DNA of 64,000 bases from Nostocoides sp. (GTDB taxonomy: Bacteria; Actinomycetota; Actinomycetes; Actinomycetales; Dermatophilaceae): the NCBI GenBank assembly GCA_016716625.1, contig JADJVJ010000005.1:4237-68236 (forward strand). Reading direction: 5' to 3'. The stretch's first letter is position 1. Every line of letters begins with the position of its first letter. Position numbers and translations under genes: made by a program. Below are positions 17,495 through 27,357 of this stretch, piece by piece. The notes under the pieces are model-generated. The model did not search any database, had not been told where the DNA came from, and was given only the letters and a program-made list of their open reading frames with translations.

Positions 17495-17917
17495 TTAAAG
17501 CTCGGGGAACCAGATCTCGATCTCGCGTTCGGCGGACTCCGCGGAGTCCGAGCCGTGCACGACGTTCTGGGTCACCGAGTGGCCCCAGTCGCGACCGAGG
17601 TCGCCGCGGATCGTGCCCGGGGCCGCCGTGGTGGGGTCGGTGGCGCCGGCGAGCGAACGGAAGCCCTCGATGCAGCGTTCGCCCTCGATGAGGATGGCGG
17701 TCACCGGGCCGCTGGCCATGAAGTCGACGAGGGGCTCGAAGAAGGGCTTGCCCTCGTGTTCGGCGTAGTGCAGGCCGAGCATCTCCCGGCTGGGGGTGAG
17801 GATCTGCAGGGCGACGAGGCGATAGCCCTTGGCCTCGATGCGGCGCAGGACCTCGCCGGTGAGGCCGCGGGAGAATCCGTCGGGCTTGACCAGGACCAGG
17901 CTGCGTTGCGTGCTCAC
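17495..17917 (-). CDS. ndk: nucleoside-diphosphate kinase
   Basis: 140 aa: SLVLVKPDG...NVVHGSDSAESAEREIEIWF. Confidence 0.97.
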   Translation of the reverse strand: MSTQRSLVLVKPDGFSRGLTGEVLRRIEAKGYRLVALQILTPSREMLGLHYAEHEGKPFFEPLVDFMASGPVTAILIEGERCIEGFRSLAGATDPTTAAPGTIRGDLGRDWGHSVTQNVVHGSDSAESAEREIEIWFPEL

Positions 17918-18309
17918 GAGACAAGCCTAGTGTCGATCTCGAAGCCCTTGCGCAGACAGAGCACCCAGAGCCCGGTGAAGATGATGCCGACGAAGGCCAT
18001 GGCCGGCACGACGAGGACGCTGGCCCAGGTGAGGAGTTGGACGAGCCACCCGGCGGGCAGCCCGACGCCTCGGCGCATGAGCCCGGCCGCGAGCACGGCG
18101 AGGAGCGAGATCCCGATGCCGATCCAGAGCCACCGCTGACCGAGGCCCGGGTTGCCCTCGGCGATGGCCAGGCCGCGGGCCACCTGGGCTCCGAAGAAGA
18201 CGGCAATGGCCTGACCAGCGAGAACGACGGCGAGCATCCGCAAGGTGAACTTCCCGAGCGGGCCCACGATCGGGTATGTCGTGCGCTGCACCTGTTCCTG
18301 GCCGGTCAC
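17914..18309 (-). CDS. DUF4233-like small membrane protein
   Basis: 131 aa with 3-4 transmembrane segments. It overlaps the ndk start by 4 nt and holds the conserved folC-DUF4233-ndk position seen in Actinobacteria. Confidence 0.65.
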   Translation of the reverse strand: MTGQEQVQRTTYPIVGPLGKFTLRMLAVVLAGQAIAVFFGAQVARGLAIAEGNPGLGQRWLWIGIGISLLAVLAAGLMRRGVGLPAGWLVQLLTWASVLVVPAMAFVGIIFTGLWVLCLRKGFEIDTRLVS

Positions 18310-18323
18310 CCGCTCAGCCTAGG

Positions 18324-19307
18324 TCACGGGGCCGGAGGCTTGATCCTGACGACGTCGGTGCCCTGGAAGTCCGCAGCCCATAACAGGCCATCGAAGCCGG
18401 CGATGACGAAGGGCTCGGTGACCTGGGAGTCCAGTAGCCCCTTGGGCTCCCCGGTGACCGCGTCGAACCCGTGCAACCGACCCAGTTTGTCGGGGATCCA
18501 CGCGACCCCCTCGAGGACGTCTCCGTCCAGGGGAATCGCGGCGAGGGGTGCCCGGCCGGTGATCGTGCCGGTGCGTGCGTTGACGTGAACGACCGCCTTG
18601 CCCGCCCGATCCCCGATCCACAGCTCGTCGCCCGCGGCGGCGGTCCAGGTCGCTTCCTCCCCGATGTCAAGCCTGGAAACCACGGCACCGGAGGTCGGAT
18701 CCAGGGCGAGCGCGGTTCCGTCGAGCAGGCCGACCCACACCTTGCCCCCGGCGCCCACGATGCCCACGGGGCTGGCGTCCACGTCGATGACCGTCCGCTT
18801 GTTCGTGCTCAGCGAGATGCGGGAGATCCCCTGGGAGGCGTAGTCGGTGACCCACGCGGAGTCCCCAACGACGGCGATGTCGAAGGGCGAACCGCCGACG
18901 TCAATGGTGGCCACCACCGTCCCGGTTGTGGCGTCAACCCGGGTGACGTCATCCGATCCGTAGTTCTCCACCCAGATCGAGCCGGCCCCGTATGCCAGCC
19001 CACAAGGGCTCGTGCCCACGGGCACCGTGCGCCGCACCGCCAGGGTGGTGGGATCGAGCTCGACCAGTTCGCCCTCGCCATACAGGCTGACCCAGATCGA
19101 GCCGGCGGCGCCGATGATCCCGCACGGGGAGGTGCCCACCGTGACCCGCCCGGTGACGGTGGCTGGGTCACCGGAGGGCGTGGTCGAGGGCGTGGGCGGG
19201 CTGGTCGCGGGCGATCCCGAGGGGGCGCCCGCGCTCGGGAGGCCGCAGGAGGTGAGCACCAGTGCGAGGACGAACGGAGCGCTGCGCGCTATGAGACCGG
19301 GACGCAT
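18324..19307 (-). CDS. lipoprotein with YVTN/YncE-like beta-propeller repeats
   Basis: Signal sequence plus lipobox (LVLTSCG), a Pro/Ser/Thr linker, then about six repeats of G.SP.G(I/L)..A.GS(I/V)WV... Confidence 0.6.
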   Translation of the reverse strand: MRPGLIARSAPFVLALVLTSCGLPSAGAPSGSPATSPPTPSTTPSGDPATVTGRVTVGTSPCGIIGAAGSIWVSLYGEGELVELDPTTLAVRRTVPVGTSPCGLAYGAGSIWVENYGSDDVTRVDATTGTVVATIDVGGSPFDIAVVGDSAWVTDYASQGISRISLSTNKRTVIDVDASPVGIVGAGGKVWVGLLDGTALALDPTSGAVVSRLDIGEEATWTAAAGDELWIGDRAGKAVVHVNARTGTITGRAPLAAIPLDGDVLEGVAWIPDKLGRLHGFDAVTGEPKGLLDSQVTEPFVIAGFDGLLWAADFQGTDVVRIKPPAP

Positions 19308-19341
19308 GTGGGGATATTACTACCACCTTGAAGTATTTTCC

Positions 19342-19839
19342 ATGACCTCTAGGCTTTTGACCGTGACCCTCGATCGCGGACCGCTGCTCCTGCTGTTCGC
19401 CCTCGGCAACCGCACGAGCGAACTCATGCGAGCGCACTTCGCCGACGCGCCCCTGACGGCGAGCGACTTCGGCGTGACCAGCGCGCTTCGGCTCCTGCAA
19501 CCGACCCGGCCCAGCGAGCTCGCCACGGCCGTCGGCCTGCGGCCCACCTCGATGAGCAACTACCTGCGGCGGTTGACCGAGCGCGGACTGATCGAGCGGG
19601 TCACCGACCCCACGGACGGGCGCGCGGCCCTGGTCTCCCTGACCCCGCGGGGACTGGCGCAGACCATCGCGTGCTTTCCGCACTTTCAGGCCTCCCTGAG
19701 AGCCTTTGAGGACACCGCCGTGGCCATGGGCGAGGACCTGCAGGACCTCGCGGCCGTCCTCAACCGGCTCGACCGCGTCCTCACCGCAGCGCGTCTCGGG
19801 GCGCCTGACGATACGGCCGAGGCGCCCCAGCCGTCCTAG
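19342..19839 (+). CDS. MarR-family transcriptional regulator
   Basis: Internal ATG at 19342: ...FGVTSALRLLQPTRPSELATAVGLRPTSMSNYLRRLTERGLIERVTDPTDGRAALVSLTPRG. It is divergent from the lipoprotein gene. Confidence 0.8.
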   Translation: MTSRLLTVTLDRGPLLLLFALGNRTSELMRAHFADAPLTASDFGVTSALRLLQPTRPSELATAVGLRPTSMSNYLRRLTERGLIERVTDPTDGRAALVSLTPRGLAQTIACFPHFQASLRAFEDTAVAMGEDLQDLAAVLNRLDRVLTAARLGAPDDTAEAPQPS

Positions 19840-19846
19840 GCGTCGG

Positions 19847-21238
19847 TCAGCTCTCGGTGTGCCCGAGCAGCATGCGCACCTCGGCGGCCGTGGTCACCGA
19901 GCCGGTCGCGACCACCCCGCCGCTGACCCCACCTTCGTCGGCGAGTTCGGCGGCCCGGTCGAGAGCCTCCGGCAACTCCGGCAGCACGCTGACCCGGTGC
20001 TCCCCAAAGATCTCCTCCGCGAGCTCCCCGAGCTCCCGCGGCGACATCGCGCGCGGTGAGGTGGTCTTGGTGATGACCACCTCGTCGAGGACCGGTTCGA
20101 GAATCTCGAGCATCTCCGCGGCGTCCTTGTCCTTGAGGATCGCGATGACCCCGACGAGCCGGGAGAAGGTGAACGAGTCCCGCAGCGCCTCCCGCAGGAC
20201 CAGGGCTCCGGCGGGGTTGTGGGCGGCATCGACGAGCACCGTCGGAGAACGGCGGACAACCTCGAGCCGACCCGGTGAACGCGCCGCGGCGAGCCCGGCC
20301 AGCAGCACCTCGAGATCGATCGGTTGCTCCCCTCCCCCGAGGAAGGCTTCGACCGCCGCGATGGCGACGGCCGTGTTCTGAGCCTGATGCGCCCCGTGCA
20401 ACGGCAGGTAGAGCTCGGGGTACTCCCCCGCGAGCCCGCGCACCGAGAGCAGCTGCCCACCCACGGCGACCTCTCGCGCCGTGACACCGAAGTCGTTGCC
20501 CTCGAAGAGAATCCGCGCCCCGACACTCTCGGCACGAGAGCGGAGGATGTCGACGACGTCGAGATCCTCCTGGAGGCCGACGACCGCGATGCCGTCCGCC
20601 TTGATGATCCCGGCCTTCTCGGTGGCGACGTCGGTGACCCGGTCGCCGAGGAAGTGTTGATGGTCGAGCGCGATGGGGGTGATGACCGAGACCGGAGCAT
20701 CGAGCACGTTGGTGGCATCCCAGGCCCCACCCATGCCCACCTCGACGATGGCGACGTCGACCGGGACGTCGGCGAAGACCGCATACGCGATCGCCACCAC
20801 GGCCTCGAAGTAGGTCATCCGCGGCCCGCCGGTCTCCTGGGCTCGGGCGTCCACGAGATCGAGATACGGCGAGACCTCGTCGTATGCCGCCACGAACCGG
20901 TCGACCTCGATCGGGGCGCCGTTGAGGGCCACCCGCTCGCGGATCGTGTGCAGGTGTGGTGAGGTGAACCGACCAGTACTGAGGTCGTGGGCCCTCAGGA
21001 TCGACTCGATGATCCGGGTCGTCGAGGTCTTGCCGTTGGTGCCGGTGAGGTGGATCGCCGGGAAGTTCCGCTGCGGGTCGCCGAGCAACTCCATGACCGC
21101 GGCGATGCGGTCCAGGGAGGGTTGCAGGTCGTGCTCGGGCGCCCGGGAGAGGATCGCCGCCTCGACCTCGCGCATGCGCTGGCGCAGCTCGAGATCGCGG
21201 GCGGAGTCCCGCCAGGAGCGCTCGGGTGGCGAGGTCAC
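19847..21238 (-). CDS. folC: bifunctional folylpolyglutamate synthase/dihydrofolate synthase
   Basis: 463 aa containing [20 protein letters not shown] (Mur-ligase P-loop). Confidence 0.92.
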   Translation of the reverse strand: MTSPPERSWRDSARDLELRQRMREVEAAILSRAPEHDLQPSLDRIAAVMELLGDPQRNFPAIHLTGTNGKTSTTRIIESILRAHDLSTGRFTSPHLHTIRERVALNGAPIEVDRFVAAYDEVSPYLDLVDARAQETGGPRMTYFEAVVAIAYAVFADVPVDVAIVEVGMGGAWDATNVLDAPVSVITPIALDHQHFLGDRVTDVATEKAGIIKADGIAVVGLQEDLDVVDILRSRAESVGARILFEGNDFGVTAREVAVGGQLLSVRGLAGEYPELYLPLHGAHQAQNTAVAIAAVEAFLGGGEQPIDLEVLLAGLAAARSPGRLEVVRRSPTVLVDAAHNPAGALVLREALRDSFTFSRLVGVIAILKDKDAAEMLEILEPVLDEVVITKTTSPRAMSPRELGELAEEIFGEHRVSVLPELPEALDRAAELADEGGVSGGVVATGSVTTAAEVRMLLGHTES

Positions 21239-24200
21239 GAGCGGCCGACCCGGATCCGGACACGCTGGCCACCGGAGAGGGCCGCCTCGGCCACGCCGGC
21301 ACCGTCGAGGTCTTCGAGGTGGTGCAGCACCCGCAGGCCGTTCTCGGCGAGGGTCTCGGTGATGAGCAGGTCACGGTGCTCGCGCACCGCCATGACGACC
21401 TGCTCCGAGCCACTCACCTCGAGGGCGATCCGGTCGGAGACCTCCAGCCCGGCCTGTTTGCGAGCATCCTGGACCGCACGGACGAGGTCGCGGGCCACTC
21501 CTTCGAGCTCGAGTTCCGGGGTCACCTCGGTGTCCAGGACGAGGAAGCCGCCACCGGGCAGCATCGCGGCCCGGTGCGAGCCCTGGCTCGTCTCGGCAAC
21601 GACCGTGTCCAGGGTGAACTCGCCGTCGACGAGCTCAAGTCCACCCGCGGTCACCGTGCCGTCGGCCGCGAGGGACCAGTCGCCGGACTTGCTGGCCTGG
21701 ATGGCCCGCTGGACGTCCCGACCGAGCCGGGGTCCGGCCGCGCGGGCGTTGATCGTGAGCCGTTGGGAGATCCCGAAGTCCGACTCATGGGCGATCGACA
21801 CGTCCTTGACGGAAAGCGCCTTGACGTTGAGCTCCTCACGAATGACGGCGGCGAACACCTCGAGCGCGGCCGGGTCCGGGGTGACCACGGTGAGTTCGCG
21901 CAGTGGCTGCCGAACCCGCAACCCCTCGGCCTTGCGCAGCGCCGAACCCACCGAACACACCGCTCGGACCTGGTCCATGGTCGCCACCAGGGCGTCCTCG
22001 CGGGGCAGGTCGGCGGCCGACGGCCAGTCGGTGAGATGCACCGAACGGCCACCGGTCAACCCACGCCAGACCTCCTCGGTGACCAGCGGGAGCAGCGGGG
22101 CCGCGAGCCGGCAGAGCACCTCAAGGGTGGTGTAGAGGGTGTCGAAGGCATCCCGCGCCGCAGTGGTTGACTCGCCGACTCCGGTGTCCCAGAAGCGTTC
22201 CCGCGAGCGCCGGATGTACCAGTTGGTGAGCGTGTCGACGAACCCTCGCACCGAGTCGCAGGCGCCGGCGACGTCATAGGCGTCCATCTGGGCGGTGACG
22301 GTCTCGACCAGCGAACCCAAGGTGGCAAGTAGGTAGCGATCCAGCGGGTCGGTGGAGTCGGTCCGCCACGTCGCCGTATAACCGGCCCCGTCGTCGGTGG
22401 TGAGCGCGTTCGCATAGAGCGAGAAGAAGTACCACGAGCTCCACAGCGGCAGGATGACCTGCCGAACGCCCTCGCGGATGGCGCCCTCGGTGACGATGAG
22501 GTTGCCGCCGCGAAGGATCGGCGAGGACATGAGGAACCAGCGCATGGCATCGGAGCCGTCGCGGTCGAAGACCTCGCGGACGTCCGGGTAGTTCTTCAGC
22601 GACTTGCTCATCTTGAGCCCGTCGTTGCCGAGGACGATCCCGTGCGAGACACACGACTGGAACGCCGGCCGGTCGAAGAGCGCGGTCGCCAGGACGTGCA
22701 TGGTGTAGAACCAGCCCCGGGTCTGCCCGATGTACTCGACGATGAAGTCACCCGGGAAGTGGTGTTCGAACCACTCCTGCTGGGCAAACGGGTAGTGCAC
22801 CTGGGCGAAGCTCATCGACCCCGACTCGAACCAGCAGTCGAAGACGTCGGTGACCCGGCGCATCGTCGAGGCGCCACTGGGGTCATCGGGGTTGGGTCGG
22901 GTGAGTTCGTCGATGAAAGGCCGGTGCAGGTCGCTCGGCCGCACCCCGAAGTCGCGCTCGATCTCCGCGAGGGAACCATAGACATCGGTCCGGGGGAACT
23001 CTGGGTTGTCCGACTTCCACACCGGGATCGGGCTGCCCCAGAATCGGTTTCGTGAGATCGACCAGTCCCGGGTGTTCTCCAACCACTTGCCGAACTGGCC
23101 GTCCTTGACATGCCCCGGCACCCAGGTGATCTCCTGGTTGAGCCGGAGCATGTCGTCACGGATCGTCGTCGTCGAGACGAACCAGGACGACACGGCCATA
23201 TAGATGAGCGGCTGCCGGCAGCGCCAACAGTGCGGGTAGGAGTGGTCGTAGGTCTCGCGTCGCAGCAGCACCGTCCCCGCGGTGATCGAACCGACCTCCC
23301 CGGGTGCTCCGTCGGCGTCGAGCCGGGTGCGCGCCTTGAGGTGGTCGATGACCGGCAGGTTGGCATCGAGGACGAGGAGCCCGGCGTAGTCGGTCACCGG
23401 GTGGGTGAAGTGGCCGTCGATGCCGACCGGCACGACGACCTCGATGCCTTCTCGGTCGGTGATGACCTTGTCGTCCTCACCGAAGGCACCGGCAGTGTGC
23501 ACCAGCCCGGTGCCCTCGGTCGTGGTGACCAGGTCGGCCGCCACGATCCGGAAGGCCTTGGGGTGACCGAGGTAGTAGGACATCGGCGGCGTGTAGTTCG
23601 CCCCCACCAGGTCACGCCCGGTGAGCCGTTGGACGACCAGCGCCTCGACGTCCCCCTTGGCGTCCCCGGTGAACTCCTTGGCGTAGGCCGCGGCCCGCGC
23701 CTGCGCGATGAGATATCGCTCCCTGCGCCCGGTGGGGAGAGCGGACTCGACGAGGACATAGTCGATGTCCTCGCCGACCATGATCGCGAGGTTGCAGGTC
23801 AGGGTCCACGGCGTCGTGGTCCAGATGAGCGCCAGCGCACCGGCATACTCCCCGTCGGTGAGCCGGCACCCGACGGTGACGGCCGGGTCCTGGCGGTTCT
23901 GGTAGACGTCCTCGTCCATCCGCAGCTCGTGGTTGGAGAGCGGGGTCTGGTCGTTCCAGCAGTACGGCAGCACGCGGAAACCCTCGTAGCACAGGCCCTT
24001 GTCGTAGAGCTGCTTGAAGGCCCAGATGACCGACTCCATGTAGTCCAGGTCGAGGGTCTTGTAGTCGTGGTCGAAGTCGACCCAGCGCGCCTGCCGGGTG
24101 ACGTACTCGCGCCACTCGGAGGTGTACTGGAAGACCGAGGTGCGGCAGGCGTCGTTGAAGGCGTCGATCCCCATGTCGCGGATCTCGTCGGTGGTCTTGA

Positions 24201-24549
24201 TCCCGAGCTGGCTCATCGCCTCGAGCTCGGCGGGCAGCCCGTGGGTGTCCCAGCCGAACCGGCGCTCCACCCGCTTGCCGCGCATCGTCTGGTAGCGCGG
24301 GACGACGTCCTTGACGTACCCGGTGAGCAGATGACCGTAGTGCGGCAGCCCGTTGGCGAACGGCGGACCGTCGTAGAAGACGAACTCGTTGCTGCCTTCG
24401 CTCCCGGCGTCGCGCTGCTCGACCGAGGCCAGGAAGGTGCCGTCGGCCTCCCAGTACGCGAGCACGCCCTCCTCGATGGTCGGCAGGCTCGGACTGGCCG
24501 GGACGCCGGCGGATGGGGTGGGGTTGATCGAGACCTTGGGGTAGGTCAT
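21235..24549 (-). CDS. ileS: isoleucine--tRNA ligase (type 2)
   Basis: 1104 aa with [17 protein letters not shown] (HIGH region), KMSKS as [10 protein letters not shown] and WFESGSM. It is preceded by a T-box leader. Confidence 0.95.
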   Translation of the reverse strand: MTYPKVSINPTPSAGVPASPSLPTIEEGVLAYWEADGTFLASVEQRDAGSEGSNEFVFYDGPPFANGLPHYGHLLTGYVKDVVPRYQTMRGKRVERRFGWDTHGLPAELEAMSQLGIKTTDEIRDMGIDAFNDACRTSVFQYTSEWREYVTRQARWVDFDHDYKTLDLDYMESVIWAFKQLYDKGLCYEGFRVLPYCWNDQTPLSNHELRMDEDVYQNRQDPAVTVGCRLTDGEYAGALALIWTTTPWTLTCNLAIMVGEDIDYVLVESALPTGRRERYLIAQARAAAYAKEFTGDAKGDVEALVVQRLTGRDLVGANYTPPMSYYLGHPKAFRIVAADLVTTTEGTGLVHTAGAFGEDDKVITDREGIEVVVPVGIDGHFTHPVTDYAGLLVLDANLPVIDHLKARTRLDADGAPGEVGSITAGTVLLRRETYDHSYPHCWRCRQPLIYMAVSSWFVSTTTIRDDMLRLNQEITWVPGHVKDGQFGKWLENTRDWSISRNRFWGSPIPVWKSDNPEFPRTDVYGSLAEIERDFGVRPSDLHRPFIDELTRPNPDDPSGASTMRRVTDVFDCWFESGSMSFAQVHYPFAQQEWFEHHFPGDFIVEYIGQTRGWFYTMHVLATALFDRPAFQSCVSHGIVLGNDGLKMSKSLKNYPDVREVFDRDGSDAMRWFLMSSPILRGGNLIVTEGAIREGVRQVILPLWSSWYFFSLYANALTTDDGAGYTATWRTDSTDPLDRYLLATLGSLVETVTAQMDAYDVAGACDSVRGFVDTLTNWYIRRSRERFWDTGVGESTTAARDAFDTLYTTLEVLCRLAAPLLPLVTEEVWRGLTGGRSVHLTDWPSAADLPREDALVATMDQVRAVCSVGSALRKAEGLRVRQPLRELTVVTPDPAALEVFAAVIREELNVKALSVKDVSIAHESDFGISQRLTINARAAGPRLGRDVQRAIQASKSGDWSLAADGTVTAGGLELVDGEFTLDTVVAETSQGSHRAAMLPGGGFLVLDTEVTPELELEGVARDLVRAVQDARKQAGLEVSDRIALEVSGSEQVVMAVREHRDLLITETLAENGLRVLHHLEDLDGAGVAEAALSGGQRVRIRVGRS

Positions 24550-24552
24550 GAG

Positions 24553-24790
24553 GCTCGGGCTCCTGCGGTCGTCGGCTCGTTCATCTCACGAGGACGAAGG
24601 CCACCGGCGTATGCCGTGTGGTCACCTCCGCGGTACCACCTCGCTTGCCGCGGGCCGGGCACCCGAGGTGGGCACACGGCATACGACCGCTCTTGTCGTG
24701 GGTGACTGACGGGACCCGACCGTCCGGATCTAGTGGGCGACCCGCTGGCGTGCGGGGGCTGTTCTCCCGGAGGCTCGCCGCTGATGACGG
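24553..24790 (-). promoter_or_regulatory. T-box leader of ileS
   Basis: The minus strand carries the conserved T-box core AGCGAGGTGGTACCGCGG (complement of 24628-24645), about 80 nt upstream of the ileS ATG. A candidate AUC (Ile) specifier is at complement 24727-24729. The 5' boundary is approximate. Confidence 0.7.
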
Positions 24791-24859
24791 CTCGAACGCC
24801 TTTCCAAGGGGCTCAGTCTAGCGGGCGGGGCGGCGGGCGAGGACCGCCTTCGCTTCAGG

Positions 24860-25025
24860 CGCTACAGTGAACGGTGTCGCCGGCTCAGCCGGAGACACCA
24901 CACGCACCCCGTCGGGGGAAGCCGGTGAGAATCCGGCGCTGACCCGCAGCCGTAAGTCGCTCTGCGAAGCGACAAGTCGGAATGCCCGTCAGGGTGCGAG
25001 CGGCTCCACATTCACCGTCGAGGTA
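24860..25025 (+). promoter_or_regulatory. cobalamin (B12) riboswitch
   Basis: It contains GGGGGAAGCCGGTGAGAATCCGGCGCTGACCCGCAGCCGTAAG (the conserved core GGGAA..GGTG..AA.CC....CCCGC..C.GTAA) and the B12-box-like AGTCGGAATGCCCGTC. ACGGTG (24871-24876) with CACCGT (25012-25017) is a possible P1 stem. It lies upstream of an ECF-transporter operon. Confidence 0.8.
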
Positions 25026-25098
25026 CGCGGGACGGAGCCCGAGCGCCCTTGGCGGGGTGGTTCGGGACGACGTCACGAACCGCTCAGAAAGGGACGCC

Positions 25099-26547
25099 AT
25101 GTCCACCCACCCGGCCAGTTTGGCCGTCGTCGCAGCCATGACCGCTGCACTGTCCTTCGGGGCCCCATCGGCGTTTGCCGAGACGCCGACCCCGTCCCCA
25201 ACGCTCAGCCCGAGCGCGAGTTCGACGCCGAGCCCGAGTGCGAGTCCGTCGAGTACGAGTTCGACGCCGAGCCCGAGTGCGAGTCCGTCGAGTACGCCGA
25301 GTCCCCGTCCGACGATGTCGAGCACCCCGGGGCCGAGCAAGGGCACGACCGCCCTGCGGCAGGCGCCGAACGCTCTCGTTGCGGCGGCGACCTCTCCCGA
25401 GGCCGTCCAGGCGGCCTCGGACGCCGCTGCCTACCTCGTCCGGCAGCTCGAGGCCAGTGGCTACGTGCTGCAGAGCTTCGGCTTCCCCGACTACGGGCTC
25501 ACCATCGATGCGATCCTCGGCCTCGACAGCGCGGATGTCGGCCAGGACGCCGCCGCGAAGGCGACCGACCAGGTCGAGGCGAACCTCGGCTCCTACGTCG
25601 GCACCGCGTTCGGCGAGCTCTATGCCGGTGCGGTGGCCAAGTCCCTGCTGCTCGCGCTCGCGCAGGGGCAGGACCCGACCTCCTTCGGCGGACTGGACCT
25701 GATCACCCTGCTCAAGGGCCGCGAGCAGGCCGACGGCCGCTACACCGACGACTCCCAGTGGGGCGACTTCTCCAACGTCCTCGGCCAGTCCATCGCCCTC
25801 ATCGCCCTGTCCCGGGCGGAAGGCACGTACTCGACGACGGCGCTCGACTTCCTCCTCGCGCAGCAGTGCGCCGACGGCGGCTTCCGGCTCAACCACGGCG
25901 CCGACCCGTGCGTGAGTGACCCGGACGCGACCGCCTTCGCGACGCAGGCCTTGCTCCTGCTGCACCGGGGCACCCCGGAGACCACGAAGGCCCTGGACTA
26001 CCTCGAGGCTCTCGTCGGGGCCGATGGCGGTGTCGGTGGTGGGACGAGCACAACCGCGCCCAACGCGAACTCCACCGGACTGGTGGCCCAGGTGCTCCTC
26101 GAAGGAGGTCGAACCTCGGCCGCCGCCCGCGCCCAGGCATTCCTGCTCTCGCTGCAGTACGGCTGCACCCTCCCGGAGGCCCTCCGCGGTGGGATCGCTT
26201 ATGACGCAACGCAGTTCGCCACCCAGACCAAGGCCGGTTCCGGTGCCACCGTGAGCGACACGGATCGGCGCTCGACGACGCAAGCCATCTACGGGTTGAG
26301 TGGGGTCTTCCTCAACAGCGTCACCGCTGCGGAGGACGCCCCCGGGGTGACCCCGATGGACTGCGACGACCCCACGTCGACGCCCACGCCGACGCCGACT
26401 TCGTCGGCACGCGAACTGCCCGCAACCGGCGCGTCCGGGGCCCTTGAAACCGCAGCGCTCGGGCTCGTCAGTGTCTTCGCGGGGCTGCTCCTGCTCGCCG
26501 TGGGCCGTCCGCGGTATCTGCATCGACACGCCGCCCGGCGGCACTGA
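25099..26547 (+). CDS. LPXTG-anchored surface protein with prenyltransferase/terpene-cyclase-like alpha/alpha-toroid repeats
   Basis: Signal peptide (AFA/ET), a Pro/Ser/Thr linker, repeated Q..DGG(F/R) motifs (LLAQQCADGGFRL, GREQADGRY, GADGGVGGG), and a C-terminal LPATG plus transmembrane segment plus RHAARRH sorting signal. Confidence 0.7.
   Translation: MSTHPASLAVVAAMTAALSFGAPSAFAETPTPSPTLSPSASSTPSPSASPSSTSSTPSPSASPSSTPSPRPTMSSTPGPSKGTTALRQAPNALVAAATSPEAVQAASDAAAYLVRQLEASGYVLQSFGFPDYGLTIDAILGLDSADVGQDAAAKATDQVEANLGSYVGTAFGELYAGAVAKSLLLALAQGQDPTSFGGLDLITLLKGREQADGRYTDDSQWGDFSNVLGQSIALIALSRAEGTYSTTALDFLLAQQCADGGFRLNHGADPCVSDPDATAFATQALLLLHRGTPETTKALDYLEALVGADGGVGGGTSTTAPNANSTGLVAQVLLEGGRTSAAARAQAFLLSLQYGCTLPEALRGGIAYDATQFATQTKAGSGATVSDTDRRSTTQAIYGLSGVFLNSVTAAEDAPGVTPMDCDDPTSTPTPTPTSSARELPATGASGALETAALGLVSVFAGLLLLAVGRPRYLHRHAARRH
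25218..25295 (+). repeat. perfect 2 x 39 bp tandem duplication inside the Pro/Ser/Thr linker of the LPXTG protein
   Basis: Unit GAGTTCGACGCCGAGCCCGAGTGCGAGTCCGTCGAGTAC occurs at 25218-25256 and again at 25257-25295 with 100% identity. Confidence 0.95.
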
Positions 26548-26548
26548 C

Positions 26549-27352
26549 ATGTCGGCTTCTCGGCTGCTCGGCGCGCTCGGCCTCGCGGGGGCGCTCGCCC
26601 TTGGCGCGGTCGGCGCCGCCGGACCCGCGCATGCCGCCGCCTGCTCGGGGACCAGCGGGGTGACCGTCGTCATCGACACCGGCTCGTCGGTGACTACCCG
26701 GTGTGCCGCCGGTGACCCGGCGTCGGCCATGTCCGCCCTGACGTCGGTCGCCACGGTGGTCACCCCGGCGGCCTACCCCGGGGCGGTCGTCTGCCGGATC
26801 GACGGCTTCCCCGCCTCCGACCCCTGCGTGCGGATGCCCCCGTCGAGCGCCTACTGGGCGTTCTACTACGCCTCCCGTGGGGGCTCGTGGACCTACAGCA
26901 GCGTCGGCACCGCGTCCTACAACCCGGCACCCGGCACGGTCGTGGGGTTCCGGTTCGGCTCCGGACAACAGCCGAGCATTGCGCCCCCGGCTGCCCCGGC
27001 CTCCCCTAAGCCAACCCCGAAACCGACGACTCCCAAGCCCACGGCAACCACGCCAGCACCGACGAAACCCGCGAGGAACACGCTCGCACCCCGGCCGACC
27101 GCAGCAGTGAGCCAAGGTCCTTCGGCGAGCCGGTCGGCGAGCCCGAGCGCCACCCCCTCTGCTTCCCCGTCGGGATCGGCCACGGCGAACGCCTTACCGG
27201 CCCCGTCGCTCACCCCGAGTGCCGCCGAGGGGCCCCGGACGACCTCTGGCTCCTCCCCCGGCGCCCTCGGCGCCGCGGCCGCTGGCCTCATCGTCCTCAC
27301 CCTCGGTGGGGCGGGGGCCATCGCCGTGCGCCGCCGTTCCCAAGACAACTGA
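26549..27352 (+). CDS. secreted, C-terminally membrane-anchored DUF4430-like (transcobalamin beta-domain-like) protein
   Basis: Signal peptide, then GVTVVIDTGSS...RIDGFPASDPC...YWAFYYASRGGSWTYSSVGTASYNPAPGTVVGFRF, which follows the DUF4430 pattern as I remember it. A Pro/Thr linker and a terminal transmembrane helix follow. Confidence 0.5.
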   Translation: MSASRLLGALGLAGALALGAVGAAGPAHAAACSGTSGVTVVIDTGSSVTTRCAAGDPASAMSALTSVATVVTPAAYPGAVVCRIDGFPASDPCVRMPPSSAYWAFYYASRGGSWTYSSVGTASYNPAPGTVVGFRFGSGQQPSIAPPAAPASPKPTPKPTTPKPTATTPAPTKPARNTLAPRPTAAVSQGPSASRSASPSATPSASPSGSATANALPAPSLTPSAAEGPRTTSGSSPGALGAAAAGLIVLTLGGAGAIAVRRRSQDN

Positions 27353-27357
27353 ACCGT

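Noticed and set aside
25150-27260. Repetitive Pro/Ser/Thr-coding tracts (25190-25330, 26990-27230) considered as possible CRISPR-like or satellite arrays.
   Set aside because: They are in frame within secreted-protein stalks. They have no spacer/repeat architecture. Only the 2 x 39 bp unit is truly repeated, and it is reported separately.
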